Below are positions 55,348 through 64,000 of a stretch of DNA of 64,000 nucleotides, piece by piece. The DNA is taken from assembly GCA_021299835.1 (NCBI GenBank), contig JAJTER010000002.1, positions 35,529 through 99,528 on the forward strand. Reading direction: 5' to 3'. The stretch's first letter is position 1. Each line of letters opens with the position of its first letter. A program made the position numbers and the translations under genes. This stretch comes from Saprospiraceae bacterium (GTDB lineage: Bacteria; Bacteroidota; Bacteroidia; Chitinophagales; Saprospiraceae). The notes below the pieces were generated by a model. The model saw only the letters and a list, made by a program, of their open reading frames with translations. It did not search any database and was not told the DNA's origin.

Positions 55348-57333
55348 GTGAAAAATTTCATAGAATTTCCTCAAAATCTGATTGATGTGTTAGGCTGGAC
55401 CGTATTCCATGCAATATGGCAAGGGGCTATCATTGGACTGGTATTTTATATACTGCTTACTACCCAAAGTTTTAAAAGTGCCAAAGCCCGATTTAACGCA
55501 GCATGGACCACCTTGTTCATACAATTACTTACTTCCGTCTGTACTTTTTGTTATATATGGAACGAATTTGCCAACAGATTTGAACCTGCAATAAACCAGG
55601 AGTCAGGTATTCAAAATCATTTCTATTTATCAGGCAATGAAACGGTGGCTGTTCAAACCTCTCTGCTTGAAAAATTACTTAATCTGCCTAGCCAATACAT
55701 TGATTGGGTCTCCTGGATTTGGTTAATAGGCGTAAGCTTCATGACCTTGAGAATGATGGGAGGCTTTTCTTATTTAATTTGGTTAAACAAGGTAAGTACG
55801 GACCCACTTCCACCGGAAATGAACTTGTTTTTGGAGCTGAAACGAAAAGAAGCCGGCGTAAAAAGAATCATCGGGAAGTTATCCACACAGATTCAAAGCC
55901 CTATTGTATTTGGCCATTTCAAACCCATTCTGCTTTTCCCCTTTGCCTTACTTTCAAAACTTACTCCCGAGCAAATAGAAGCAGTTATACTTCATGAATT
56001 AGCTCATATAAAAAGAAACGACTACATATTAAATATTTTTCAAATATTTATTGAGGTGGTTTTCTATTTTCACCCTGTAACCTGGTGGCTGACAAGCATC
56101 ATAAAAAGGGAAAGGGAACATATTTGTGATGATGAAGCGGCTGGAAAAGAACTCAATCAAAAATTATCTTATGCAAAGGCATTATTGATAATACAGGAAA
56201 ATAATACCATTTCAGGTATCGGTTCTCTGGCATTCGCCAAGAAACCATCTGAAATGTATCTCAGAATCAAAAGAATTTTAGAACCTTCAAAAAATGTAAA
56301 TTTCATGGAAAAAACAACGCTGGGAATCCTGATGTTAGGACTTGCCCTTGGTATGTTTTGGCAACAAAAACCAATTTTTGCCAATAACTCCACATTTAAA
56401 ACCATACGAACAGAGGTAACAGACACCCTTCCTAAAGGGACTATTCAACTCAACCTCAATAAAAACGGTGAAACCTGGAATATCAATCTGAAGGATGGAA
56501 AAATTGTTTCGTTGAAGAAAGACGGTAACACGATACCTGAAAGTGACTTTCCCAAATACGAATCGGAGGTTAAGAAGATTTTGAGTGAAATGCCCCCACC
56601 GCCACCGCCGGGAATACCTCCTCCACCACCTCCTCCAGGAATAGCACCTCCTCCGCCGCCAATGATTTGGAATGAAGGGCAACCCTCTAAAAATACCAAT
56701 GAGGATTACATGATTATTGTTACAAAAGATGGCATCTCCCATAAATTTACCCAGCATAAGGTAGTAACCGTTAAAAGTGAAGGCCAAACTATCCAATCGG
56801 AGGAAAAGATGATATGGAAAGACGAAAAAGGTAATAATGTCAATATTGACGATATTGACCCTGCCACTATTCAATCCATTGATGTCAGAAAATCACCGAA
56901 AGGTCAAAAATCTGAAACCAAAGTGACAGTAATCACTACAGAGAAGAATATCACAAATAACAATGAAGATATAAAAACCATTGATGTCCGGAAATCAGCG
57001 AATGGGGAAGAAGTCATCATCGTTAATGGAATGCCTGGAAACAAGTTTATAGGAGGAAAGGCATTATTCGTTGCTGATAGCATTAATTTTTCCATTGACA
57101 ATGTCTCTTTTCGTCAGGACAACGTAAAATCTGCCATTATCAAACAATTAGTTAAAGATCAGGTGATTGCTGACGATAATAATTTCCAGTTGGTTCTGAC
57201 GGCGAGCTATCTAAAAATTGATGGGAAGAAGTACGTTGGCCCATTTCATGCGAAATACTTAAAGATTTATGAAACAAATACTGGATTGAAAATGGATGCC
57301 AAATCAAAAATTTCTATATCGGGAAAGGATTAA
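55348..57333 (+). CDS. M56 (BlaR1-like) membrane metalloprotease/sensor with polyproline linker and repeat-containing C-terminal domain
   Basis: HELAHIKRNDY (HExxH) after four TM helices. Polyproline tract at nt 56593-56661. Duplicated IDVRKS units occur further on. Confidence 0.8.
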   Translation: MKNFIEFPQNLIDVLGWTVFHAIWQGAIIGLVFYILLTTQSFKSAKARFNAAWTTLFIQLLTSVCTFCYIWNEFANRFEPAINQESGIQNHFYLSGNETVAVQTSLLEKLLNLPSQYIDWVSWIWLIGVSFMTLRMMGGFSYLIWLNKVSTDPLPPEMNLFLELKRKEAGVKRIIGKLSTQIQSPIVFGHFKPILLFPFALLSKLTPEQIEAVILHELAHIKRNDYILNIFQIFIEVVFYFHPVTWWLTSIIKREREHICDDEAAGKELNQKLSYAKALLIIQENNTISGIGSLAFAKKPSEMYLRIKRILEPSKNVNFMEKTTLGILMLGLALGMFWQQKPIFANNSTFKTIRTEVTDTLPKGTIQLNLNKNGETWNINLKDGKIVSLKKDGNTIPESDFPKYESEVKKILSEMPPPPPPGIPPPPPPPGIAPPPPPMIWNEGQPSKNTNEDYMIIVTKDGISHKFTQHKVVTVKSEGQTIQSEEKMIWKDEKGNNVNIDDIDPATIQSIDVRKSPKGQKSETKVTVITTEKNITNNNEDIKTIDVRKSANGEEVIIVNGMPGNKFIGGKALFVADSINFSIDNVSFRQDNVKSAIIKQLVKDQVIADDNNFQLVLTASYLKIDGKKYVGPFHAKYLKIYETNTGLKMDAKSKISISGKD

Positions 57334-57362
57334 TGTGTTAAGTTTATAAATATATTTGCTGG

Positions 57363-57393
57363 GAGGCTGTCTAAAAAAGACAGCCTCTTTTTT
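57363..57393 (+). terminator. rho-independent terminator
   Basis: gaggctgtc-taaaaaa-gacagcctc followed by tttttt. The T-run overlaps the stop codon of the convergent gene. Confidence 0.8.
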
Positions 57394-58627
57394 ATTGAAG
57401 CAAGTTTGCCACCTCCTTTAGACCATCCATCCTCAGATCAATTAAATCTGGATTAAATTCTTTTCCCTCGTCTGAAGAAATCCATATAGTAAACATCCCA
57501 AGATTTCTTCCAAACTGCATATCAGACATGGAGTCACCAATCATGACAGATTGTTTGAAATCAATATCAGGAAAATCCCGTTGAGCTTGTAGTCCCATAC
57601 CCACATTGGGTTTTCGGCATTGATCATTATTTTTTTCCAGGGAGGGGCAGAAATAAACTGCATCTAAATGACCTCCAGCTTCCGTTATTTTCTCAATCAT
57701 GAAAGTATGTACCCCATTCAAATCTTCCTCCGAATAAAGTCCTTTTCCGATACCTTGTTGATTAGTAACGACAACAATATGAGTAAAATAAGCAGAAAAT
57801 TGAACCAGCGCCTCTAACACCCCTGGTAAAAATTCGAATTGCTCAACATTTTTGACATAATCACCTGGCAGATGTTTATTTATGACTCCGTCTCTATCTA
57901 AAAAAAGAAATTTAGCTGAAAGGGTCTTGGTGAAAAATCGCATGGGAATTTCCCTTTGAGCCCTTTCATAATCTTCGGGAATGCCGATATCTATAAAATA
58001 TTCATCCTGCACAAAGCCATGCAAAAAGTGAGTAGCCGCTTTTTTCTCAAATAGGTCCTTTTCGTAGGAGAAAACATCTCCGGGAAATTTACCTTCAAAA
58101 ATTTCAGGCGTGAGGATACTGACCCCTGCATTTATAAACCCTGAAGCGAGGAATTTCTTCTCCGTAAAAGACGAAATTCTGTCTCCTTCCAGTTGGACAG
58201 CACCATAACGATCCTGGTTAAATACAGGTTTAAGAGAAAGAGAAGCCAGGGGACTCAACTTAAAAAAGGCCTCCGAAAAAGATGTTAGATTAGCTTCAAA
58301 AAAAGTATCCCCATTGAGGAGAAAAAACGGTTCACTCCATTTTTCCAATACGGGCATAATGGCACCACCTGTACCTAAAAGTTCTTTTTCTATGGTATAG
58401 AAAATTTTTATGTCCCTAAAATGGTCTCCGAAATACCTGGTGATAACCTCGTGTTGAAAACCCACACAAAGAAAAACCTCTTTGACACCTTGATTAGACA
58501 AATAATTCAATAAATAATGAAGGAATGGAAGTTTATTTATAGGCGCCATTGGTTTAGGCAATTCACCTAAAAGACCTTTCAACCGAGTTCCAAGCCCGCC
58601 GGCGAGAATAACCGCTTTATCAATCAA
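57392..58627 (-). CDS. bifunctional sugar-phosphate nucleotidyltransferase / HAD-IIIA phosphatase (HddC-GmhB-like)
   Basis: N-terminal ILAGGLGTRL nucleotidyltransferase motif. The C-terminal half has FLDRDGVIN (the DxD of HAD), VVTNQ and GDSMSD. Confidence 0.75.
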   Translation of the reverse strand: MIDKAVILAGGLGTRLKGLLGELPKPMAPINKLPFLHYLLNYLSNQGVKEVFLCVGFQHEVITRYFGDHFRDIKIFYTIEKELLGTGGAIMPVLEKWSEPFFLLNGDTFFEANLTSFSEAFFKLSPLASLSLKPVFNQDRYGAVQLEGDRISSFTEKKFLASGFINAGVSILTPEIFEGKFPGDVFSYEKDLFEKKAATHFLHGFVQDEYFIDIGIPEDYERAQREIPMRFFTKTLSAKFLFLDRDGVINKHLPGDYVKNVEQFEFLPGVLEALVQFSAYFTHIVVVTNQQGIGKGLYSEEDLNGVHTFMIEKITEAGGHLDAVYFCPSLEKNNDQCRKPNVGMGLQAQRDFPDIDFKQSVMIGDSMSDMQFGRNLGMFTIWISSDEGKEFNPDLIDLRMDGLKEVANLLQ

Positions 58628-58674
58628 TGGATAAAAATTTAAAGTAAAAAATAAGAATATTAATTCAAAAAGGC

Positions 58675-58682
58675 TAACTTTG
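58675..58682 (+). promoter_or_regulatory. -7 box TAACTTTG for atpDC
   Basis: Exact TAnnTTTG, 49 nt upstream of the atpD ATG. Confidence 0.4.
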
Positions 58683-58724
58683 TGCCAATTTTTAAAAGCA
58701 CTTATTTAAATTTTGTAAAGATAA

Positions 58725-60239
<1,515 letters not shown>

Positions 60240-60274
60240 TCTGTTTTAATTTTAAATTAATCCGTCTCACTAAG

Positions 60275-60583
60275 ATGAAAATAACAGTGCTTACTCCTGA
60301 AAAGGAAATATTCCGTGGAAATGTTACCTCTACTAAACTTCCTGGTGTTGACGGTAAATTTCAAATTCTTAATCAACATGCTCCCTTAGTAGCGGCGCTT
60401 GCCAGTGGTTCCGTACAGATTGTGACTGGAGAAGGTGATTTTTCTTATTGGAATGCCAATGAAAATGCCATACAAGTCGCCAATGAAGTAGGAAAACAAA
60501 TACAATTTAATATTTCTACGGGGTTCGTTGAAGTACTTAATAATGAAATCTCATTGCTTGTTCAAGGTTACAGTAGTTTATAA
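60275..60583 (+). CDS. atpC: F0F1 ATP synthase subunit epsilon (short form)
   Basis: Beta-sandwich N-terminal domain pattern (LPGVDGKFQILNQHAPLVAAL) directly after atpD. At 102 aa it is shorter than the ~139-aa E. coli epsilon, so the C-terminal helical hairpin is probably reduced. Confidence 0.8.
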   Translation: MKITVLTPEKEIFRGNVTSTKLPGVDGKFQILNQHAPLVAALASGSVQIVTGEGDFSYWNANENAIQVANEVGKQIQFNISTGFVEVLNNEISLLVQGYSSL

Positions 60584-60594
60584 AATATAAGTGG

Positions 60595-61728
60595 TTATTC
60601 AACCCAACTTATTTTTTTAACGACGTTACCACTTTTTCCTGAAAGCAATAAAATATAAATACCTGTCCTAATGTTAGGACAGGTTATTTTTATTTGTCGA
60701 TTATTTATGCCGATTTTACCTGCCTGAATTCTATTCCCCCCGGAGTGTAACAACGTCCATTCTTCAAAATATCCCGTTTGATTCCCCAAAAAAATGCTTA
60801 CGCTTGCGTTGTCTTGTTGCGTAACGAGTAATTCTCCCTGCTCGCAGCTTACTGGTATAATTTTAGAATAAGCAAAAACGCCATCATAATCTATTTGTTT
60901 TAACCGATAGTAAATGAGACCTCTCCTTTCTTGAAAATCCCTCCAGTTATATTGTCTTTTGGATTGACTTTCCCCGTAGCCGGTAACAAAAAAAACATCC
61001 CTAAATACTAAGTCGGGGAGAGCTTCTTGCACCCAAAATCCATGATTTTTACTTTCTGAATGGGTTTCCCAGGTTAGTTTAGGAAAATTTTGTTCATTGC
61101 AATGACCTGAAAAATAGCCCAATGATACGGGCAGAGCCACTTCTGTGGTACCCGATAACGAAACATTATCAATGCGCATGGTTGCTGTCATTGCGGCATT
61201 ATTTTGCCTGGAAAGATAGATTCTAACCTCTAAAGAGCCCCCGCTGGTACCTGAAACATTACAAGTACCACTAAAGTTATTACAACCTAAAATGGGAACA
61301 ACGCCCGAGCTTATAAATGTCTCGATACCCCAACGGAAAACAGAAACATAATAATCACTGGGAGCGCTCGACGACGACCTTGATAGCATAAAACTAACCC
61401 CCGAAATATTTGCCCTGTATCCCTCTGAAGCGGTTACCATAAAAGACATATAGGAACTTGTATTTCTTGCGGCAGTAGTAGGCCAAAAATTAGTAGCCCA
61501 GGTTTCCGGACTGGCGCAGGTGGTAGGGCTTCCACTGTTTTGAGCGCCACTTAGACTGCCACCACCCGAGGCGATACCCGCACCCAATGCTGAAGGTAAA
61601 ATAGGAATACTTGGAATAGGTCCTGATACGTTTTCAAAATTCCAGGATGCCAGCTGCCCATAAATATGGTTTACAGGTATATATACTGACGAAAAAAGAA
61701 GGAAAAACCTCAAATATATGACCTTCAT
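60595..61728 (-). CDS. T9SS type-A sorting-domain protein of unknown function
   Basis: Signal peptide, with a Ser/Gly-rich beta-type body. The C-terminus is GIYILLLSGKSGNVVKKISW. Confidence 0.6.
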   Translation of the reverse strand: MKVIYLRFFLLFSSVYIPVNHIYGQLASWNFENVSGPIPSIPILPSALGAGIASGGGSLSGAQNSGSPTTCASPETWATNFWPTTAARNTSSYMSFMVTASEGYRANISGVSFMLSRSSSSAPSDYYVSVFRWGIETFISSGVVPILGCNNFSGTCNVSGTSGGSLEVRIYLSRQNNAAMTATMRIDNVSLSGTTEVALPVSLGYFSGHCNEQNFPKLTWETHSESKNHGFWVQEALPDLVFRDVFFVTGYGESQSKRQYNWRDFQERRGLIYYRLKQIDYDGVFAYSKIIPVSCEQGELLVTQQDNASVSIFLGNQTGYFEEWTLLHSGGNRIQAGKIGINNRQIKITCPNIRTGIYILLLSGKSGNVVKKISWVE

Positions 61729-62138
61729 ATTCCTGTCAATTTATATTGGTGATGATTTATTGGAAACAGGAATATAAAAGGCTGAATAGAAAATTGGTCT
61801 ATTCTAAAAACAATCTGGCCTCTAATATTTTCCATGAGTTGTTTTATGAAGTAATATTTGGCAATAACGACCCATTTTTCTTCATAACAATCTAATAAAT
61901 TACGCTCCATTCGAGATAATCTTTCATCGATCAGGAAGAAAGGAAGTAAGTTTTCAGGCGACACCTGTCCTTCCACTGTATTTGCAAATTTAGACGCTAT
62001 AAATATCACGTCCATTCTCAAATCCTTACATAACAGGCATGCTCTTTCATTTAATGGAAATAGATCGGTCTCCGAAAATACCATTTCCGTTAATTCTATA
62101 ATTCCATTCCAAAGATTATTTATGTAAAGCGGTTCCAT
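61725..62138 (-). CDS. divergent four-helix-bundle protein (23S rRNA IVS protein / Avd-like family)
   Basis: LW..IIELTEMVFSETDLFPLNERACLLCKDLRMDVIFIASKFANTVEG parallels the FP.EE...L..Q.RRA..SI..NIAEG signature. The stop overlaps the T9SS gene start by 4 nt. Confidence 0.45.
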   Translation of the reverse strand: MEPLYINNLWNGIIELTEMVFSETDLFPLNERACLLCKDLRMDVIFIASKFANTVEGQVSPENLLPFFLIDERLSRMERNLLDCYEEKWVVIAKYYFIKQLMENIRGQIVFRIDQFSIQPFIFLFPINHHQYKLTGI

Positions 62139-62259
62139 TCCTATTTTTAGGCAATATCACCTGATTCGACGAGATTAGATAGGACAGAATCAACTGTTTT
62201 ACGTGCAGCTAAGAAGTATAAAACAATGGAAATGTATTTATTAATTAATTGAAATTCAA

Positions 62260-63237
62260 TTATTTAACTTTAAATTTCTTGACTAAATACTGATAAATAA
62301 TATACCAAACAGCATATTTACCCCCAATTAGCATTTGTAACGGAACCTGTGATGCACCGGTAGCCTCATATTTTTTGGAAACGGAAGGAATCATACTACC
62401 TTCTAAATCAAAAACACTAACTTTTCCTTGAAGGGATACCATACTTTGCCAAATTAACCAGATCATGGTTCCCCTGTGTCTTATTTTTTTCTCTGAAACC
62501 TGAATTAATAACCAGGCAGTATGTTTATCAGTAACGGTCCAACTTCTACCGTGAACTCGCCCCAATTCATCTTTTGCCTCAATTAATACATCGATTCCAC
62601 CGGATTTCCGAATACTTTTTTGAATATTTTCGAAAGTAGGAAGATCCCATGTAAATGAAATATTTTTTTCTGCGAGAAAAAAACGTTGATTATTTAATAA
62701 GGCATTGGCACTAGCTGCATCTTGTTCCGAAAGGCGAAATATATTTTCGGCAGCTTTAAGGTCGTTCTCAACGTCCGCTGAAAATTGCGCACGAATATGT
62801 TGGATACTATCTAAGTTTTTAAACTGCCGTGTAAAATGAGTGCTTTGAAAAAAACCTCCTTCTTTCCATACCTGCGTATTTTGAAAATGTGGCGGCCAGC
62901 GAAAAATAATAAGGTCAGCTTCCAGGCATATAATTTTGGACAGTTCCGCGATAATTTTTCTCTCTCTAATCGCTCTCGTTCCCTCTTTTTCATTTTTTAA
63001 AGGTAAAAGCCAGGGACCATTCCAGGGAGTAAAAGGGATAGGCAACAAAAGATTGAAACCTAGTTTACGGGTCAATTTATAAGGCCAAACGGCGACAATT
63101 TCCCCGTTATGATCAATGATAACAGCAGGTATCCACCCATTTTCCCCACAATTTGCATCCCACCAATTCGCTTGATAGAAAAGGGGCAAACCAAGAGACT
63201 GCCTTATATATTCAAACTTGTCTTTTATTATTTTCAT
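62260..63237 (-). CDS. FemAB-like / GNAT-fold acyltransferase-like protein
   Basis: The C-terminal VFDLEGSMIPSVSKKYEATGA resembles the FDFGG....KF/YK..FGA end of FemAB/BioF2-like acetyltransferases. The start is set at the ATG at 63237 (MKIIKDK) because the longer ORF runs across the divergent asnB-like start. Confidence 0.4.
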   Translation of the reverse strand: MKIIKDKFEYIRQSLGLPLFYQANWWDANCGENGWIPAVIIDHNGEIVAVWPYKLTRKLGFNLLLPIPFTPWNGPWLLPLKNEKEGTRAIRERKIIAELSKIICLEADLIIFRWPPHFQNTQVWKEGGFFQSTHFTRQFKNLDSIQHIRAQFSADVENDLKAAENIFRLSEQDAASANALLNNQRFFLAEKNISFTWDLPTFENIQKSIRKSGGIDVLIEAKDELGRVHGRSWTVTDKHTAWLLIQVSEKKIRHRGTMIWLIWQSMVSLQGKVSVFDLEGSMIPSVSKKYEATGASQVPLQMLIGGKYAVWYIIYQYLVKKFKVK

Positions 63238-63337
63238 AAGGACAAAATACACTATAAACCGTAAAAATACAGCAATTTCTGACATTTGACATCCATGTAC
63301 AATTGGCGCATCTTTCGTTTTTAAAAAAATTGAAATT

Positions 63338-64000
63338 ATGTGCGGAATAACCGGTTTAATCCATCTGAGTGGCCTGTCTATTGATCCATCCCTACTTTTG
63401 GGCATGAATCTGGCCATAAAGCATAGGGGTTCCGATAGTCAAGGAGTATTTATAGACCGTGATATTGGTCTATCAAACAGAAGACTTCACATTATTGGAG
63501 AGAAAAATGAGGGACACCAACCTATGCATTTCAAGGAAAGATATCATTTTGTATTTAATGGCACTTTATACAATTATAAAACATTGGCCGAAAAATTAAA
63601 GGCCAAAAATATACCCGTTCATACCTCCTCCGATACCGAAATCGCTTTTAGCTGGCTAATACATTTTGGATTAAATAACCTGTTTGAGTGGGAGGGAATG
63701 TACTCCTTTATTTTTTATGATTCTCAGGAAAAAGTGGTTTGGATAAGGCGGGATCCATTAGGTATAAAACCTTTATACTTCGCGTACTTAAACGGTTACC
63801 TTGCTTTTTCCTCTGAAACCAAATCATTTTTTCATTTTCCTGACTGGTCGTATGAAGTGGAAAATGAAAAAATATTGCTTTTTTTAACCACCGGCGAAAG
63901 AGAAATAAAGGGCGATCCATTTTGGAAAAAGGCTAAAGCGGTGCCTGTTGGCTACACTTTTATAATAAGTTATCAATGTTCCCGCCATTTTCATCTGACC
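63338..64000 (+). CDS. asnB: asparagine synthase (glutamine-hydrolysing)-like amidotransferase, N-terminal part; continues beyond the window
   Basis: Hand translation MCGITGLIH...HRGSDSQG...NGTLYNY...SDTE...GMYSFIFYD...RDPLGIKPLYF is a class-II GATase domain with the Cys2 nucleophile. The frame stays open to the window edge and is not in the ORF track. Confidence 0.8.
   Translation, partial: MCGITGLIHLSGLSIDPSLLLGMNLAIKHRGSDSQGVFIDRDIGLSNRRLHIIGEKNEGHQPMHFKERYHFVFNGTLYNYKTLAEKLKAKNIPVHTSSDTEIAFSWLIHFGLNNLFEWEGMYSFIFYDSQEKVVWIRRDPLGIKPLYFAYLNGYLAFSSETKSFFHFPDWSYEVENEKILLFLTTGEREIKGDPFWKKAKAVPVGYTFIISYQCSRHFHLT

Noticed and set aside
56335-56874. 179-aa and 84-aa minus-strand ORFs rich in W/R or G (GGGGAIPGGGGGGG...)
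   Set aside because: They are antisense to the polyproline (CCN-rich) tract of the BlaR1-like gene. The open frames result from codon composition, and no independent signals support them.
62260-63417. 60-codon N-terminal extension of the FemAB-like ORF
   Set aside because: The extension runs across the start and first 26 codons of the divergent AsnB-like gene and has no protein-like features. The ATG at 63237 leaves a normal 100-bp divergent promoter region.
60595-63417. Possible diversity-generating retroelement around the Avd-like gene
   Set aside because: No reverse-transcriptase ORF lies nearby. The only adjacent non-coding stretch (62139-62259) is short and shows no evident similarity to the neighbouring cargo gene. 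This is retained only as a low-key finding about the unusual gene coupling.

Overview
This is a 64-kb chromosomal window from an AT-rich member of the Bacteroidota. The phylum call rests on three things: several proteins end in T9SS type-A sorting domains, the DUF4270/short glycogen-synthase and TPR/DUF4292/EnvC neighbourhoods are typical of the phylum, and exact TAnnTTTG -7 boxes sit in front of several genes. I can support about 57 protein-coding genes, two of them partial at the window edges and missing from the ORF track. I also find two tRNAs (Met/Ile2-CAU and Leu-UAG), several rho-independent terminators, and a small repeat family.

Most of the window is ordinary housekeeping: rpsA, metF, spoT-fur, tig-clpP-clpX-truA, nif3, hflX, pyk, acpP-fabF-rnc, an acyl-CoA dehydrogenase and atpDC. 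Envelope and secretion genes are interspersed: three T9SS cargo proteins, M14 and S1 peptidases, OmpH, EnvC/M23 and a BlaI/BlaR1-like pair.

The only clearly accessory segment is about 1.6-8.1 kb, directly 3' of tRNA-Met(CAU). It holds:
- an orphan minimal kinase-like protein;
- a DUF3179 protein;
- a membrane di-iron hydroxylase fused to an FNR-type reductase, with a Crp-family regulator;
- an AAA+ ATPase fused to a PD-(D/E)xK nuclease-like domain (DUF4143 type).

The ATPase cassette has a collapsed ghost copy 2.3 kb away. The same hairpin module occurs three times, and the third copy serves as the tRNA-Met terminator. I regard this islet as the best candidate for something undescribed. The hydroxylase-reductase/Crp pair bracketed by direct repeats, the ATPase-nuclease cassette and the orphan kinase are the main elements. 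I found no complete, recognisable multi-gene system (CRISPR, DGR, retron, TA or RM), and all functional calls are motif-level readings of the translations, not database searches.

Secondary curiosities:
- a SWIM-like protein with all four zinc ligands replaced, lying after rnc;
- a degenerate DEDD-exonuclease-like orphan;
- an Avd-like four-helix-bundle gene translationally coupled to a T9SS cargo gene;
- nested dyad operators in front of the blaI-like gene.
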